DNA of 64,000 nt from an uncultured Candidatus Bathyarchaeia archaeon (lineage in GTDB: Archaea > Thermoproteota > Bathyarchaeia > Bathyarchaeales > DTEX01). The notes below the pieces were generated by a model. That model made no database searches. It saw nothing but the letters and a program-made list of their open reading frames with translations, and was not told the DNA's origin. Position 1 is the stretch's first letter, and every line of letters starts with the position of its first letter. The stretch lies in contig CAZPBM010000018.1 in the NCBI GenBank assembly GCA_964584965.1, positions 6,287-70,286 of the forward strand. The letters are read 5' to 3'. The position numbers and the translations under genes were made by a program. Shown piece by piece: positions 1 to 8,368 of the stretch.

Positions 1-161
1 CCGAAAATCGTGGCCATGAGTGCTTCTATCTGGATTGTCACAGGGGAGGCAGCTCCCTGAGCTACCTTGATGCCTGGTAAAAAGGACATAATGTAGTATA
101 ACGCTGACAGTAACGCAATCATAGCTGTTTTTCTCGTAGTTAAACGGACGAAGTGTAACAT
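1..161 (-). CDS. ECF transporter S-component-like membrane protein, 5' part (runs off window edge)
   Basis: Manual translation MLHFVRLTTRKTAMIALLSALYYIMSFLPGIKVAQGAASPVTIQIEALMATIFG. The 'TRKxAxIALLSAL' first helix is typical of S components. Alternative TTG start at 173. Confidence 0.6.
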   Translation of the reverse strand, partial: MLHFVRLTTRKTAMIALLSALYYIMSFLPGIKVAQGAASPVTIQIEALMATIF

Positions 162-259
162 TTTGGAATCCAATGTAATTTATTACACATCCTTATTAAG
201 CTTACCACAACGAATAGATGGCGCATCAATAAAATATCTGAGGAAATAGCCTAGAAGGT

Positions 260-277
260 AACCTTACACGTAAGGTT
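260..277. promoter_or_regulatory. Palindromic candidate transcription-factor site between divergent genes
   Basis: AACCTTAC-AC-GTAAGGTT, perfect 8-bp inverted repeat. Confidence 0.4.
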
Positions 278-352
278 TCACGACACTCAATTATCCCAAA
301 TAGATAATAATAAATTTTATCATGTTGGAACATAGTTGAAGAAAGTGGTAAC

Positions 353-1378
353 ATGTTGGCGGCAGTCCTGCGCGGAATTAGGAATCTTAAACTAGACAGT
401 GTACCGCGACCAGAGTATTCTGCTGACGAGGTTCTGATAAAAGTTCACTCAACGGGAATTTGCGGGACAGACATCCACATTTACAGGGGCGAATGGAAGA
501 CTAATACGCCAATAATTCTAGGGCACGAGTTTTCAGGCGTAATCGCTGAGGTTGGGCATAATGTTAAAGAAGACTTGCAAGTTGGAGACCCTGTTGTTGT
601 TGAGCCAAACATACTTTGCGGAACATGCTATTTCTGTCATATGTCAGAACGGAACTATTTCTGCGAGAATCTGAAGGCAGTCGGAGTAACGATTGATGGT
701 GCTTTTGCAGAATACGTAAAAGTCAAAGCTGAAAACGTGTATAAAGTACCTAAAAAACTCAGTCTCGACGAAGCAGCCCTAGTTGAGCCACTAGCCTGTT
801 GTGTAAGAGGCATAGATCAAGCTGGAATCAAGACTGGAGATACCGTCGCAATAATTGGCGCTGGACCTGTTGGGCTAATCCTTCTACAACTTGCAAAGCA
901 GTCTGGAGCCTCAGTTACAATTCAGACAGACATTGAGGAAACCAGGCTTAAATTGGCCAAAGACCTCGGAGCGGACTATACCGTATGCGTATCTAAGGAG
1001 GACCCAGTTGAAGCCATAAAAAATCTAACGCACGGCTACGGAGTTGACGTAGCAATAGAGGCTGTAGGAAGCACAAAAGCGATAACTCAGGCTATGAAAG
1101 TCACGCGTAGAGGGGGAAGACTAAACATTTTCGGAGTTGCGCCTCAAGATGAGGTTTGGAACGTAAAACCATTCGATCTATATGACAAGGAGCTGACAAT
1201 AACAACTTCCTATCGCAGTCCATTCACGTTTCAAAGAGCCGTGAAAATTGCTTCGTCTGGCACTGTGAAATTGAGACCTCTTGTTAGTCATATCTTTAAG
1301 CTCAAAGAAATACAAAGTGCTTTTGGTGTTGCTGAGAAAAAATTAGAAGGAGCCATAAAAGTACTGGTCAAACCATAA
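353..1378 (+). CDS. Zn-dependent medium-chain alcohol/polyol dehydrogenase (sorbitol/threonine dehydrogenase-like)
   Basis: GICGTD, GHEFSG, structural Zn CGTCYFC...C, GAGPVG Rossmann motif. Confidence 0.92.
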   Translation: MLAAVLRGIRNLKLDSVPRPEYSADEVLIKVHSTGICGTDIHIYRGEWKTNTPIILGHEFSGVIAEVGHNVKEDLQVGDPVVVEPNILCGTCYFCHMSERNYFCENLKAVGVTIDGAFAEYVKVKAENVYKVPKKLSLDEAALVEPLACCVRGIDQAGIKTGDTVAIIGAGPVGLILLQLAKQSGASVTIQTDIEETRLKLAKDLGADYTVCVSKEDPVEAIKNLTHGYGVDVAIEAVGSTKAITQAMKVTRRGGRLNIFGVAPQDEVWNVKPFDLYDKELTITTSYRSPFTFQRAVKIASSGTVKLRPLVSHIFKLKEIQSAFGVAEKKLEGAIKVLVKP

Positions 1379-1436
1379 AAGTTGGTCAATTCGGAATTTT
1401 TATTCTTCTCTTTTTAGTTCTTGGTTGAACTTTTTC

Positions 1437-1574
1437 ATGTTTGGTTCAGACCATTCGGAGAACATTGCAGCTGAGCTCGCTAAGTATAGAGCTGTCGGCT
1501 TCGCTAACGAGGAACTAGAGTGGTGTTTAGCAAAAATAGGAGCAAAAGTATTCAATATAGCCATAATGGAATAA
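1437..1574 (+). pseudogene. C-terminal remnant of an amidohydrolase-family gene
   Basis: MFGSDHSENIAAELAKYRAVGFANEELEWCLAKIGAKVF resembles the FGSD...terminal helices of amidohydrolase_2 proteins; no upstream barrel. Confidence 0.45.
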
Positions 1575-1747
1575 GGCCGAGAGGCAATTTTTCAAGTTCG
1601 TTGTAAGAAAAATTATAGGTTTGTTACGGATAAGTTTAATAGGCACGTAGTCATTTCTCAAAGGTCAGCAGGAAGCAAAGATTTCGGAATTTGACTTCTG
1701 AATGACACTTTGTTCTTGCAAACTTAAATAAAAGGAGTGAAAATGTC

Positions 1748-1903
1748 ATGGAAAGTCGTGAAATGCACAAGGCTGTTTGTGCAGAGTGCGGTAAGGAATG
1801 CGAAGTTCCCTTTAAGCCAGATGGCACAAGACCAGTTTACTGCAGAGAATGTTATGCTAAAAGAAGACCACAAAGACCAAACAGGTCATATCGAAGATAT
1901 TAA
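1748..1903 (+). CDS. CxxC-x17-CxxC zinc-ribbon small protein (51 aa, not in ORF track)
   Basis: MESREMHKAVCAECGKECEVPFKPDGTRPVYCRECYAKRRPQRPNRSYRRY; AGGAGTG SD-like sequence upstream. Confidence 0.9.
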   Translation: MESREMHKAVCAECGKECEVPFKPDGTRPVYCRECYAKRRPQRPNRSYRRY

Positions 1904-2151
1904 GTAACACTTAGGTTATCGCTTTTTAAATTCATATTTTTTAATCCCAATATTTTTTTAGTTAAAACATCAAACAACTGGCTTTTTCAGTGTTAAATTT
2001 GTAATGATCAGATTCATTTTCTGGCAAAATATGAAGTAACGTTGTTTGCCAAAAAGTTGTTGGGTTTTTTATTATTTTATGTCTTTTAGTGTTTGGTGAT
2101 TGATAAGAAGGAGACTATGTTGAACATCGTGGTCGCAATTATTGATGAATT

Positions 2152-2433
2152 TTATTTTATTAGTTCATCAACTTCTTTTTTTCCTTCTTTAAGTTCTTTT
2201 TCTTGTTCTTTATCCTCCATTAACAATAAAGACTGAAATTCGCCAAAGTGAGTTTTTTCTTCTTTAGATATATCCAAAAGGATTTTTCTCACAAGGTCAT
2301 TATTTGTCATGGCTGCCATTTGTTCATAGAGGTTTATAGCATCCAGCTCAGCAATTACGCCAACTCTTAGAATTTCCTTGTCCAAATCTTTTTTGTCAAT
2401 TTTTTCAAGATTTATGGGTATTTTCGACAGCAC
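2152..2433 (-). CDS. Small ferritin-like protein (encapsulated-ferritin/Flp type)
   Basis: IAELDAINLYEQMA...EEKTHFGEF ferroxidase motifs; AGGAGGTG SD. Confidence 0.85.
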   Translation of the reverse strand: MLSKIPINLEKIDKKDLDKEILRVGVIAELDAINLYEQMAAMTNNDLVRKILLDISKEEKTHFGEFQSLLLMEDKEQEKELKEGKKEVDELIK

Positions 2434-2609
2434 CTTTTTTCACCTCCTGATTATGTTTTCAAAGCAAAATCATTGCGTAATATAATCTTCGTAAATCACT
2501 ATTTAATCCTATTCTAAAAACCTTAATTTGCCATTCACCTTTTTCGTTTCCAACTTGGCTTTTGCTGTTCTAAAGAATAGAATTATACGCCTTTATCTAT
2601 TCTTATCTG

Positions 2610-3482
2610 TTGGTGTCTAGGCTGAACAGAAAGTACGGTTTTGTTGCCATCATTCTAATTATGTTATTTCTGGTGTACGTTTGGACATCTAGGTTTGGAG
2701 CCAATATTCCATCATCTGAAGGGTACATGCCACTTCTCAGAGAGAACGCTTGGTACTTGGTTTATCTAGGCCTTATTGCTACGGCATTTGCTCTTATTTC
2801 TCTTTTTTTAGAATTTAAACTATCAAGGTCAGCTGCTTTCATAGGATGGGTATTCTATTTCCCCGTGATTTTCAACACTTTGGTTCCAATGTTCATTTTG
2901 TTTTTCTCCATAATAGGAGTATTCTACACTCCGTGGCTTGCGTTCACGGATTTTGCCTTCGCCAACCGCCTCATCAATGGCGTAATAAGATTGCCAAGCG
3001 AAACTATGCATACATTTCTAGACGGGTTGGGCTACATTTTCATAGTTTCCGGTCTCGCTGTTTACAGTCTAGGTTTATTCCAATTATTGTCGCACGCCAG
3101 GAAAGAACGAATAATAGTGGCAAGCGGATTATACAGCGTTTCTCGGCATCCACAGTACCTTGGCATTTTCATGTGGACACTAGGTTTTGCATTACTGGGT
3201 TGGCGGCTGATCAATTATCTGATGTGGCTTACACTGTGTTATTCATACGTTCTTTTAGCAGAATTCGAGGAGTTAGAACTAGAAAAAAAGTTTGGCCAAG
3301 ATTACTTTCAGTACAAAACCAAGGTTCCATTTATAATACCATACTTAAAGCTGAACACAAGGTTTGTTTCAAGCACGATGTCAAACAGGAAAATGCGCCT
3401 TTTAGCCTATACAGTTCTTTGCGTATTATTGTTATTTGCTTTTTACTACATTTTTGAGCCGTACACCGTGTTGTATAGATAA
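2610..3482 (+). CDS. Isoprenylcysteine carboxyl methyltransferase / phospholipid methyltransferase family membrane protein
   Basis: Multi-TM; GLYSVSRHPQYLG and EELELEKKFGQDYFQYKTKVP motifs. Confidence 0.8.
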   Translation: MVSRLNRKYGFVAIILIMLFLVYVWTSRFGANIPSSEGYMPLLRENAWYLVYLGLIATAFALISLFLEFKLSRSAAFIGWVFYFPVIFNTLVPMFILFFSIIGVFYTPWLAFTDFAFANRLINGVIRLPSETMHTFLDGLGYIFIVSGLAVYSLGLFQLLSHARKERIIVASGLYSVSRHPQYLGIFMWTLGFALLGWRLINYLMWLTLCYSYVLLAEFEELELEKKFGQDYFQYKTKVPFIIPYLKLNTRFVSSTMSNRKMRLLAYTVLCVLLLFAFYYIFEPYTVLYR

Positions 3483-3511
3483 GGTTCTTCACACTCTCAC
3501 TGGGAGCCAGA

Positions 3512-4351
3512 CTACACTCCTAGCAGGAAAAGTACTATTCCCACTATCAAAGCAAACAACGCTGTGAATATTTGAACATTTATCGTGTCTTTTACCGAGT
3601 ACGAGAGCAACGGCAGTATTCCGTGGCCGTCTTGGGACAACGTGTTAACTAGCAGAATTGAGAAAGGAATTAGGCCCTTTGAAAATAACGCAACAAAAAG
3701 AAGATGAGGGCCAGACTCAGGTATTACTCCAATTAACGCTGCAAAAACAATTAGGGCGAGTTTTGGCAACCCCAAAATTGTCGGTTCCAACTCAAAGTTT
3801 TCTATCAGAAGGTTAAGAGCCAGCAACGTGAAGAATATCCAGAGAAAAAGTTTCGGAATATGCTTCTTGAAGATGTGGACATATGCATGTTCCTTTAAGA
3901 AATGCTTAATGTTAATTTCTACGTCGTGGACTTCTATCTCGCAGGGCTGCGTTGTCTTAAGATTTATCATTTTTGCTATTTTATCCACAGCAAAGCCACC
4001 TATTATGCCTAAAAGAGCACATATGCCAAAAATCAGAACAGCTGACTTTGGCATCATTGCTAACATTACAAAGGCCTCGTCTCCTGCTGTTGAAAGCATA
4101 ACAGCTACCAAGGCTCCGAATCCTACTAACCCATGGGTGTAAAGTGAAACTATGAAGAATGCGTCTGTACAGCCTGGAATCGCTCCCAAGAGCGAGGCTA
4201 TTATGATTTGGTTTACGTGGTTTTCCGTTATCTTTTTTTGAATCGCGTTTTTGAACCTTATTTCTATAAACTCGACTATAACCATCATAACGGCAACTAA
4301 AAGAATTATCTGCATAGTTTCCAAAAATATCTCAGAAATAGCTTCAAACAA
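3512..4351 (-). CDS. Putative manganese/metal transporter (multi-TM)
   Basis: LGAIPGC, STAGDEAFVM, PESGPHL, SQDGHG motifs; directly downstream of a DtxR regulator. Confidence 0.75.
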   Translation of the reverse strand: MFEAISEIFLETMQIILLVAVMMVIVEFIEIRFKNAIQKKITENHVNQIIIASLLGAIPGCTDAFFIVSLYTHGLVGFGALVAVMLSTAGDEAFVMLAMMPKSAVLIFGICALLGIIGGFAVDKIAKMINLKTTQPCEIEVHDVEINIKHFLKEHAYVHIFKKHIPKLFLWIFFTLLALNLLIENFELEPTILGLPKLALIVFAALIGVIPESGPHLLFVALFSKGLIPFSILLVNTLSQDGHGILPLLSYSVKDTINVQIFTALFALIVGIVLFLLGV

Positions 4352-4353
4352 GT

Positions 4354-4791
4354 CTAACTCTCACCACATTTTCCAGTGTGAAAAATAGTCTTTTTACATG
4401 GACAGATCAGTGGATGCTCGTAAGTTTGGCAAACTCTGTCAACAAGGTTTTCTGAAACATAATGCTCCAGCTTGGCTGCTTCATCGCAGGCTTTGGAAAC
4501 ATCATAATTCAAGGCATTAACAAACAAAACTTCCAAAAGCCGATGATTCCTCAAAAGCCTCTGTGCATTGTAAACTCCTTCGTCAGTTAATCTAATCTCA
4601 CGATAAGGGCTATACTCAACGAACCCTTTCTCAGCGAGCTTTTGAACAGTCTCTGTCACCGTTGCAGGCTGAACCTTTAAATTTCTAGCCAACTCAGTTG
4701 TCCTGACAACTTTTGATTCTTCATAACGCCTTCTATAAATCAAAGTCAGATATTTACCCTCAATAACTGTTAACTCACGTTTAACCCTCAA
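4354..4791 (-). CDS. DtxR/MntR family metal-dependent repressor
   Basis: wHTH (LARNLKVQPATVTETVQKL), RNHRLLEVLF, EAAKLEHYVSE, CPC motif. Confidence 0.92.
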   Translation of the reverse strand: MRVKRELTVIEGKYLTLIYRRRYEESKVVRTTELARNLKVQPATVTETVQKLAEKGFVEYSPYREIRLTDEGVYNAQRLLRNHRLLEVLFVNALNYDVSKACDEAAKLEHYVSENLVDRVCQTYEHPLICPCKKTIFHTGKCGES

Positions 4792-4812
4792 GGTTTGCGC
4801 CCAAATAAAAAA

Positions 4813-4829
4813 TTTAGGTTCAACCTAAA
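4813..4829. promoter_or_regulatory. DtxR-type operator upstream of regulator-transporter operon
   Basis: TTTAGGTT-C-AACCTAAA, perfect inverted repeat with the TTAGG..CCTAA half-sites of DtxR/IdeR boxes, 21 bp before the start codon. Confidence 0.8.
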
Positions 4830-5086
4830 AAACATTACGCGCAATGTCAAAAATTCCAATGTGACAAAATGCTAAATGTAATTTTCGATAACAAAATTAC
4901 AAAAAATAAGAAAACGTCCCCCAAAGCTCACAGTATCATAGTAATGCATATATTATATGGTGGGGCATTGAATTTGCTTAAAAATTTATTCCTTTTGTAT
5001 TTGTTTAATCTTTTAATTCTAGTTAGAAAGCCTATATGGGGGGGATGTGCTGAATCTGTTTGACGTGTTCAGGGATTCATAATGAT

Positions 5087-5108
5087 CTGGGCAAGATATC
5101 TTGCCCAG
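5087..5108. repeat. Perfect 22-bp palindrome
   Basis: CTGGGCAAGATATCTTGCCCAG equals its own reverse complement. Confidence 0.9.
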
Positions 5109-5385
5109 CAGAAACTTCTAAGGTGATATTTCGCGTAAACCTCTTTTTCTTTTTATCATTCATTAATTGCACAAGAAAAATGTTACATAATTTTATTTTT
5201 CTGATTCTTGAGGTTTGTTGGAAACAGTTATAATGGGTTAGTTGTTTATGGAAGGGGTTAATTTTTTTCTAAGACCACTTATTTAATGTTTCACTGGTTT
5301 TTCTTCAGGTTGAGGAGATTATGCGTTGTTCCAGTATTTATTGAATCAAGCATGGCTGAAGATGTTTCTCATGGTTTAGGTGTAC

Positions 5386-6222
5386 TTAGAAATCGTCTAG
5401 TTTTGTCTCGTATGTCTTGGGATGTTTCTGTAGATTGTGATGGGTCACTCGTTGTTTGATCTTTGTGTGTTCGGGTTTGGCTATGTTAAGCATTTCTAGG
5501 ATTTCGATGCAGTTTTCAATCGCATAACCATGAAAGTGGTTATTGAGGTATCCGTATATTTTGTCCGATTTTCGCTGCGTCTCTTCTAGGCGGGGCACCC
5601 ATTCTTGCAGCTCTTCCTCTGCGTAATGGTAATCGTACCACAATTTTGGGTTTCTGCCGTGCCAGCGGAAATAGGCAAAATCAGCAGTTAAATGTACTTC
5701 TGGAGGAAGCAAAAGTTCGTCCACGATGCAATAGGCCACGTTATACTTCTCTAACAACTTCCATGTTTCTTCTCTCATCCACGGCCTGTGCCTAAACTCG
5801 ACTGCAAAAGTCATAGCCATCCGGTATCATCTCAAGAAAAGCTTCATAGTTTGCTAGGTCATGATCATACGAAAATCTGGGAGGCAACTGTATAGGAATG
5901 CAACCCAACTTGTTCCGGGCGCTGAGAGGTTCCAGCAGTTCTGGGAAACGCATCAAGTCGCCTTTAACATTCCGAGATGGGTTGAGCTGTTTCTCGTGAG
6001 TTAATAACTTTGGCAGCTTAACTGAGAAGACAAACTCTGAAGGAGAGTTTCGGTCTAATCCGTAGATTGTACCTTTGGAAGGATAACAGTAAAATGTGGA
6101 GTTGATCTCTACAGTGTTAAAAAACTAGCATAATAACTGAACATGTTCTTTGCGCTCCCGTAGAATGGGCCGATCCATTCCTTGTAAGACCATCCTCTCG
6201 TTCCAAAGATTAAACGCTGCAA
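5386..6222 (-). pseudogene. DUF72 (YecE-like) gene with two frameshifts
   Basis: MQRLIFGTRGWSYKEWIGPFY...NTVEINSTFY...QLPP...AVEFRH...RWHGRN; frameshifts in homopolymer runs at about 6119-6124 and 5806-5809. Confidence 0.85.
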
Positions 6223-6301
6223 GATTCATGCTTCCGCAAGATGACATTCACAACTGTAATTATTAAGTCATAGCATCTTAATAATTTAGTACTGAGGCAA
6301 G

Positions 6302-7225
6302 ATGACAGATTTACTTATAGGTGCTGGAGGGTGGTCTTATTTTCAGGTGCCTGGGCTGACATCTCTTGAAGCCTATTCCAAAGCATTCAACTTCGTCGAG
6401 GTTAACTCAACATTCTACGAGATCCCAAACTTGGAAACAGTTAAGTTCTGGAGAAAACGGACGCCGCCAGATTTCGAGTTTTCAGTCAAATGCCACAGAT
6501 CTGTGACGCATAAATACCAGCTGAAACCCTGTGAGGAATCGTTCAAGACGTTCGATGCTATGATCAATGTCTGCAGCACCCTTAGATCAAGATTTCTTGT
6601 CTTAGAAACCCCAGCCAAGATAAAGCTTGACTACGGAAGGATAGAATCTATGAAAGCCTTTTTTGAAGGCATAGACCTGAAAAAGATTAGATTGGTGTGG
6701 GAAGTTAGAAGAAGGCGAGGCGAACCCCTTCCGCGTGGCTTAATTGAGCTTATGAGAAAACACGACATTGCGCAGGCCGTTGACCTTTCACGCGAAGCGC
6801 CAGCTGTTAAATCCGACGTTCTTTACTCGCGCATCTTTGGCAAAGGACAACATAATGTTTACCAGTTCACAGATGAGGAGCTCAAAGACATTGATAGAAA
6901 GGTAAATCGAAGCAGCGCAGAAACGTCCGTCATCTCATTCCACAATGTTAGAATGTATAAGGACGCTGCCCGATTCAAGTTTTACAAGGAGACGGGGAAG
7001 TTCTCTTCGGTAACAGGGGTCGAGGGGGAACAATCACTGAGAAAGGTGCTCATGGAGGACGCTAGGTTTCCAATGACAAAGAGAGAGCTGTTAAAGAGCC
7101 AAGGTTGGAAGGTGATCGACTTGACCGAGAACCAAAGGGTTCACGCCTCAACACTGCTTGAGATGCTTCCTGATGAAAAGTTTCTAAGCGTAGAAGACGT
7201 CTTAAACGGGCTTCGCTTAGCCTGA
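6302..7225 (+). CDS. DUF72 domain protein with C-terminal DUF2795-like extension
   Basis: IGAGGWSYF, FVEVNSTFY, FEFSVKCHRSVTH; C-terminal 'DARFPMTKRELL...LPDEKFLSVEDVL'. Confidence 0.8.
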   Translation: MTDLLIGAGGWSYFQVPGLTSLEAYSKAFNFVEVNSTFYEIPNLETVKFWRKRTPPDFEFSVKCHRSVTHKYQLKPCEESFKTFDAMINVCSTLRSRFLVLETPAKIKLDYGRIESMKAFFEGIDLKKIRLVWEVRRRRGEPLPRGLIELMRKHDIAQAVDLSREAPAVKSDVLYSRIFGKGQHNVYQFTDEELKDIDRKVNRSSAETSVISFHNVRMYKDAARFKFYKETGKFSSVTGVEGEQSLRKVLMEDARFPMTKRELLKSQGWKVIDLTENQRVHASTLLEMLPDEKFLSVEDVLNGLRLA

Positions 7226-7314
7226 ATCTTTCTGGACTTCTAAGTGAGACGGAGAATCCCCCTCCCCCTCAACACGCACCTATTTCTTAAATACGTTTTT
7301 GCTGAGTTACGTGT

Positions 7315-8094
7315 ATGCTAGGCCTCCGCCTCTTGGAGGAAGACTATATGCTGAAGCTTCACGGACCTGTCATGGGCTTTCGTCAGCCAGCCGCAGACAA
7401 ATTATGCTCCTCATCCTTTGGAGCCAAAATGATGGACACCTTCTTTCCTGATCTTAAATTGGGAGAACTTATCGTTCTCCACGGCAGCTACGTGTGTCAC
7501 GTCATTTCTGAACTGTTGTGCATCCGCAGCCAGCTAGCCGACGGCTTAGGCGGGCTGGAATCGTCAGCGGTCTTCATTGATGGAGGCAACCTTTTCGACC
7601 CGTACCTCATCTCGGAAAACGCGCGTCTAATGGGGCTGGAACCAGAGGAAACCCTAAAAAGCATCTGGGTTTCAAGAGCCTTCACAAGCTACCAGATGAC
7701 CGCCTTGCTTACAGAGAAGATTCACGAAATCCTAGATCGGACGGAGTCAAAGCTAGTCGTGGTCTCAGACCTTCCAGCCTTGTACTGCGACTCCGACATC
7801 GGACTCTTCGAAGCAAAGAAAACCTTCAACCGAATCACCCGTTTCGTCTGGAACCTCACGAGAGAACGGCGGCTTCTTCTTGTGGCAACCTCGATTTTGT
7901 CAAAAAACACGAGGAAACGGGGGCTTGAGCACTACCTTTTGGGAAGAGCGGACATCGTAGCCAAAATCGAGGACAGAACCCCTCACGTTAGGATAACCCT
8001 AGAGAAGCACCCATCTAGATCTGCGGTTTCGGTTGACCTGTTCTTCGAGGAACCCCTCGGACAGTTCCTGCTGGAAGACTTCGCGGAGGCTTAG
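7315..8094 (+). CDS. RadA/Rad51-like protein with degenerate Walker A (inactive ATPase)
   Basis: GELIVLHG, SQLxxxLGGL, AVFIDGGNLFDP, IWVSRAFT; no GKT/S. Confidence 0.8.
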   Translation: MLGLRLLEEDYMLKLHGPVMGFRQPAADKLCSSSFGAKMMDTFFPDLKLGELIVLHGSYVCHVISELLCIRSQLADGLGGLESSAVFIDGGNLFDPYLISENARLMGLEPEETLKSIWVSRAFTSYQMTALLTEKIHEILDRTESKLVVVSDLPALYCDSDIGLFEAKKTFNRITRFVWNLTRERRLLLVATSILSKNTRKRGLEHYLLGRADIVAKIEDRTPHVRITLEKHPSRSAVSVDLFFEEPLGQFLLEDFAEA

Positions 8095-8098
8095 CTAC

Positions 8099-8368
8099 TT
8101 GGGCAGAACTGTCCCTTCTTACCGCATGATTCTAGAAAACGAGATCAAGAAATGGGATGCCTTCTTGAAGGCGCTCCGAAGAGAAGACAGAGAAGCCTTC
8201 GAAGAGCTGATGAACGCGTGCAGAAGCTACGCCTCAGCCGCAGGAGCCTCCGCCAGACCAGTCATAACCGAGGCCATGTTCATGTCCATCCTTCTCAGCC
8301 ACCAAAAAAACCTGAAGGAGTTCAAAGCCGCCCTTGAAAGACTCAAGTCAGCCCTTCAGCCTCAATAG
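8099..8368 (+). CDS. Small helical PolB2-associated protein (arCOG07300-like)
   Basis: MGRTVPSYR...W..F.KALRREDREAFEELM; TTG start after GGAGG; directly upstream of PolB2. Confidence 0.8.
   Translation: MGRTVPSYRMILENEIKKWDAFLKALRREDREAFEELMNACRSYASAAGASARPVITEAMFMSILLSHQKNLKEFKAALERLKSALQPQ

Noticed and set aside
2846..3457. 203-aa alternative-frame ORF and the many antisense ORFs over core genes
   Set aside because: Shadow frames of well-supported genes, with no motifs of their own
4869..5063. 64-aa ORF
   Set aside because: AT-rich, no recognisable motif, crosses the putative att site
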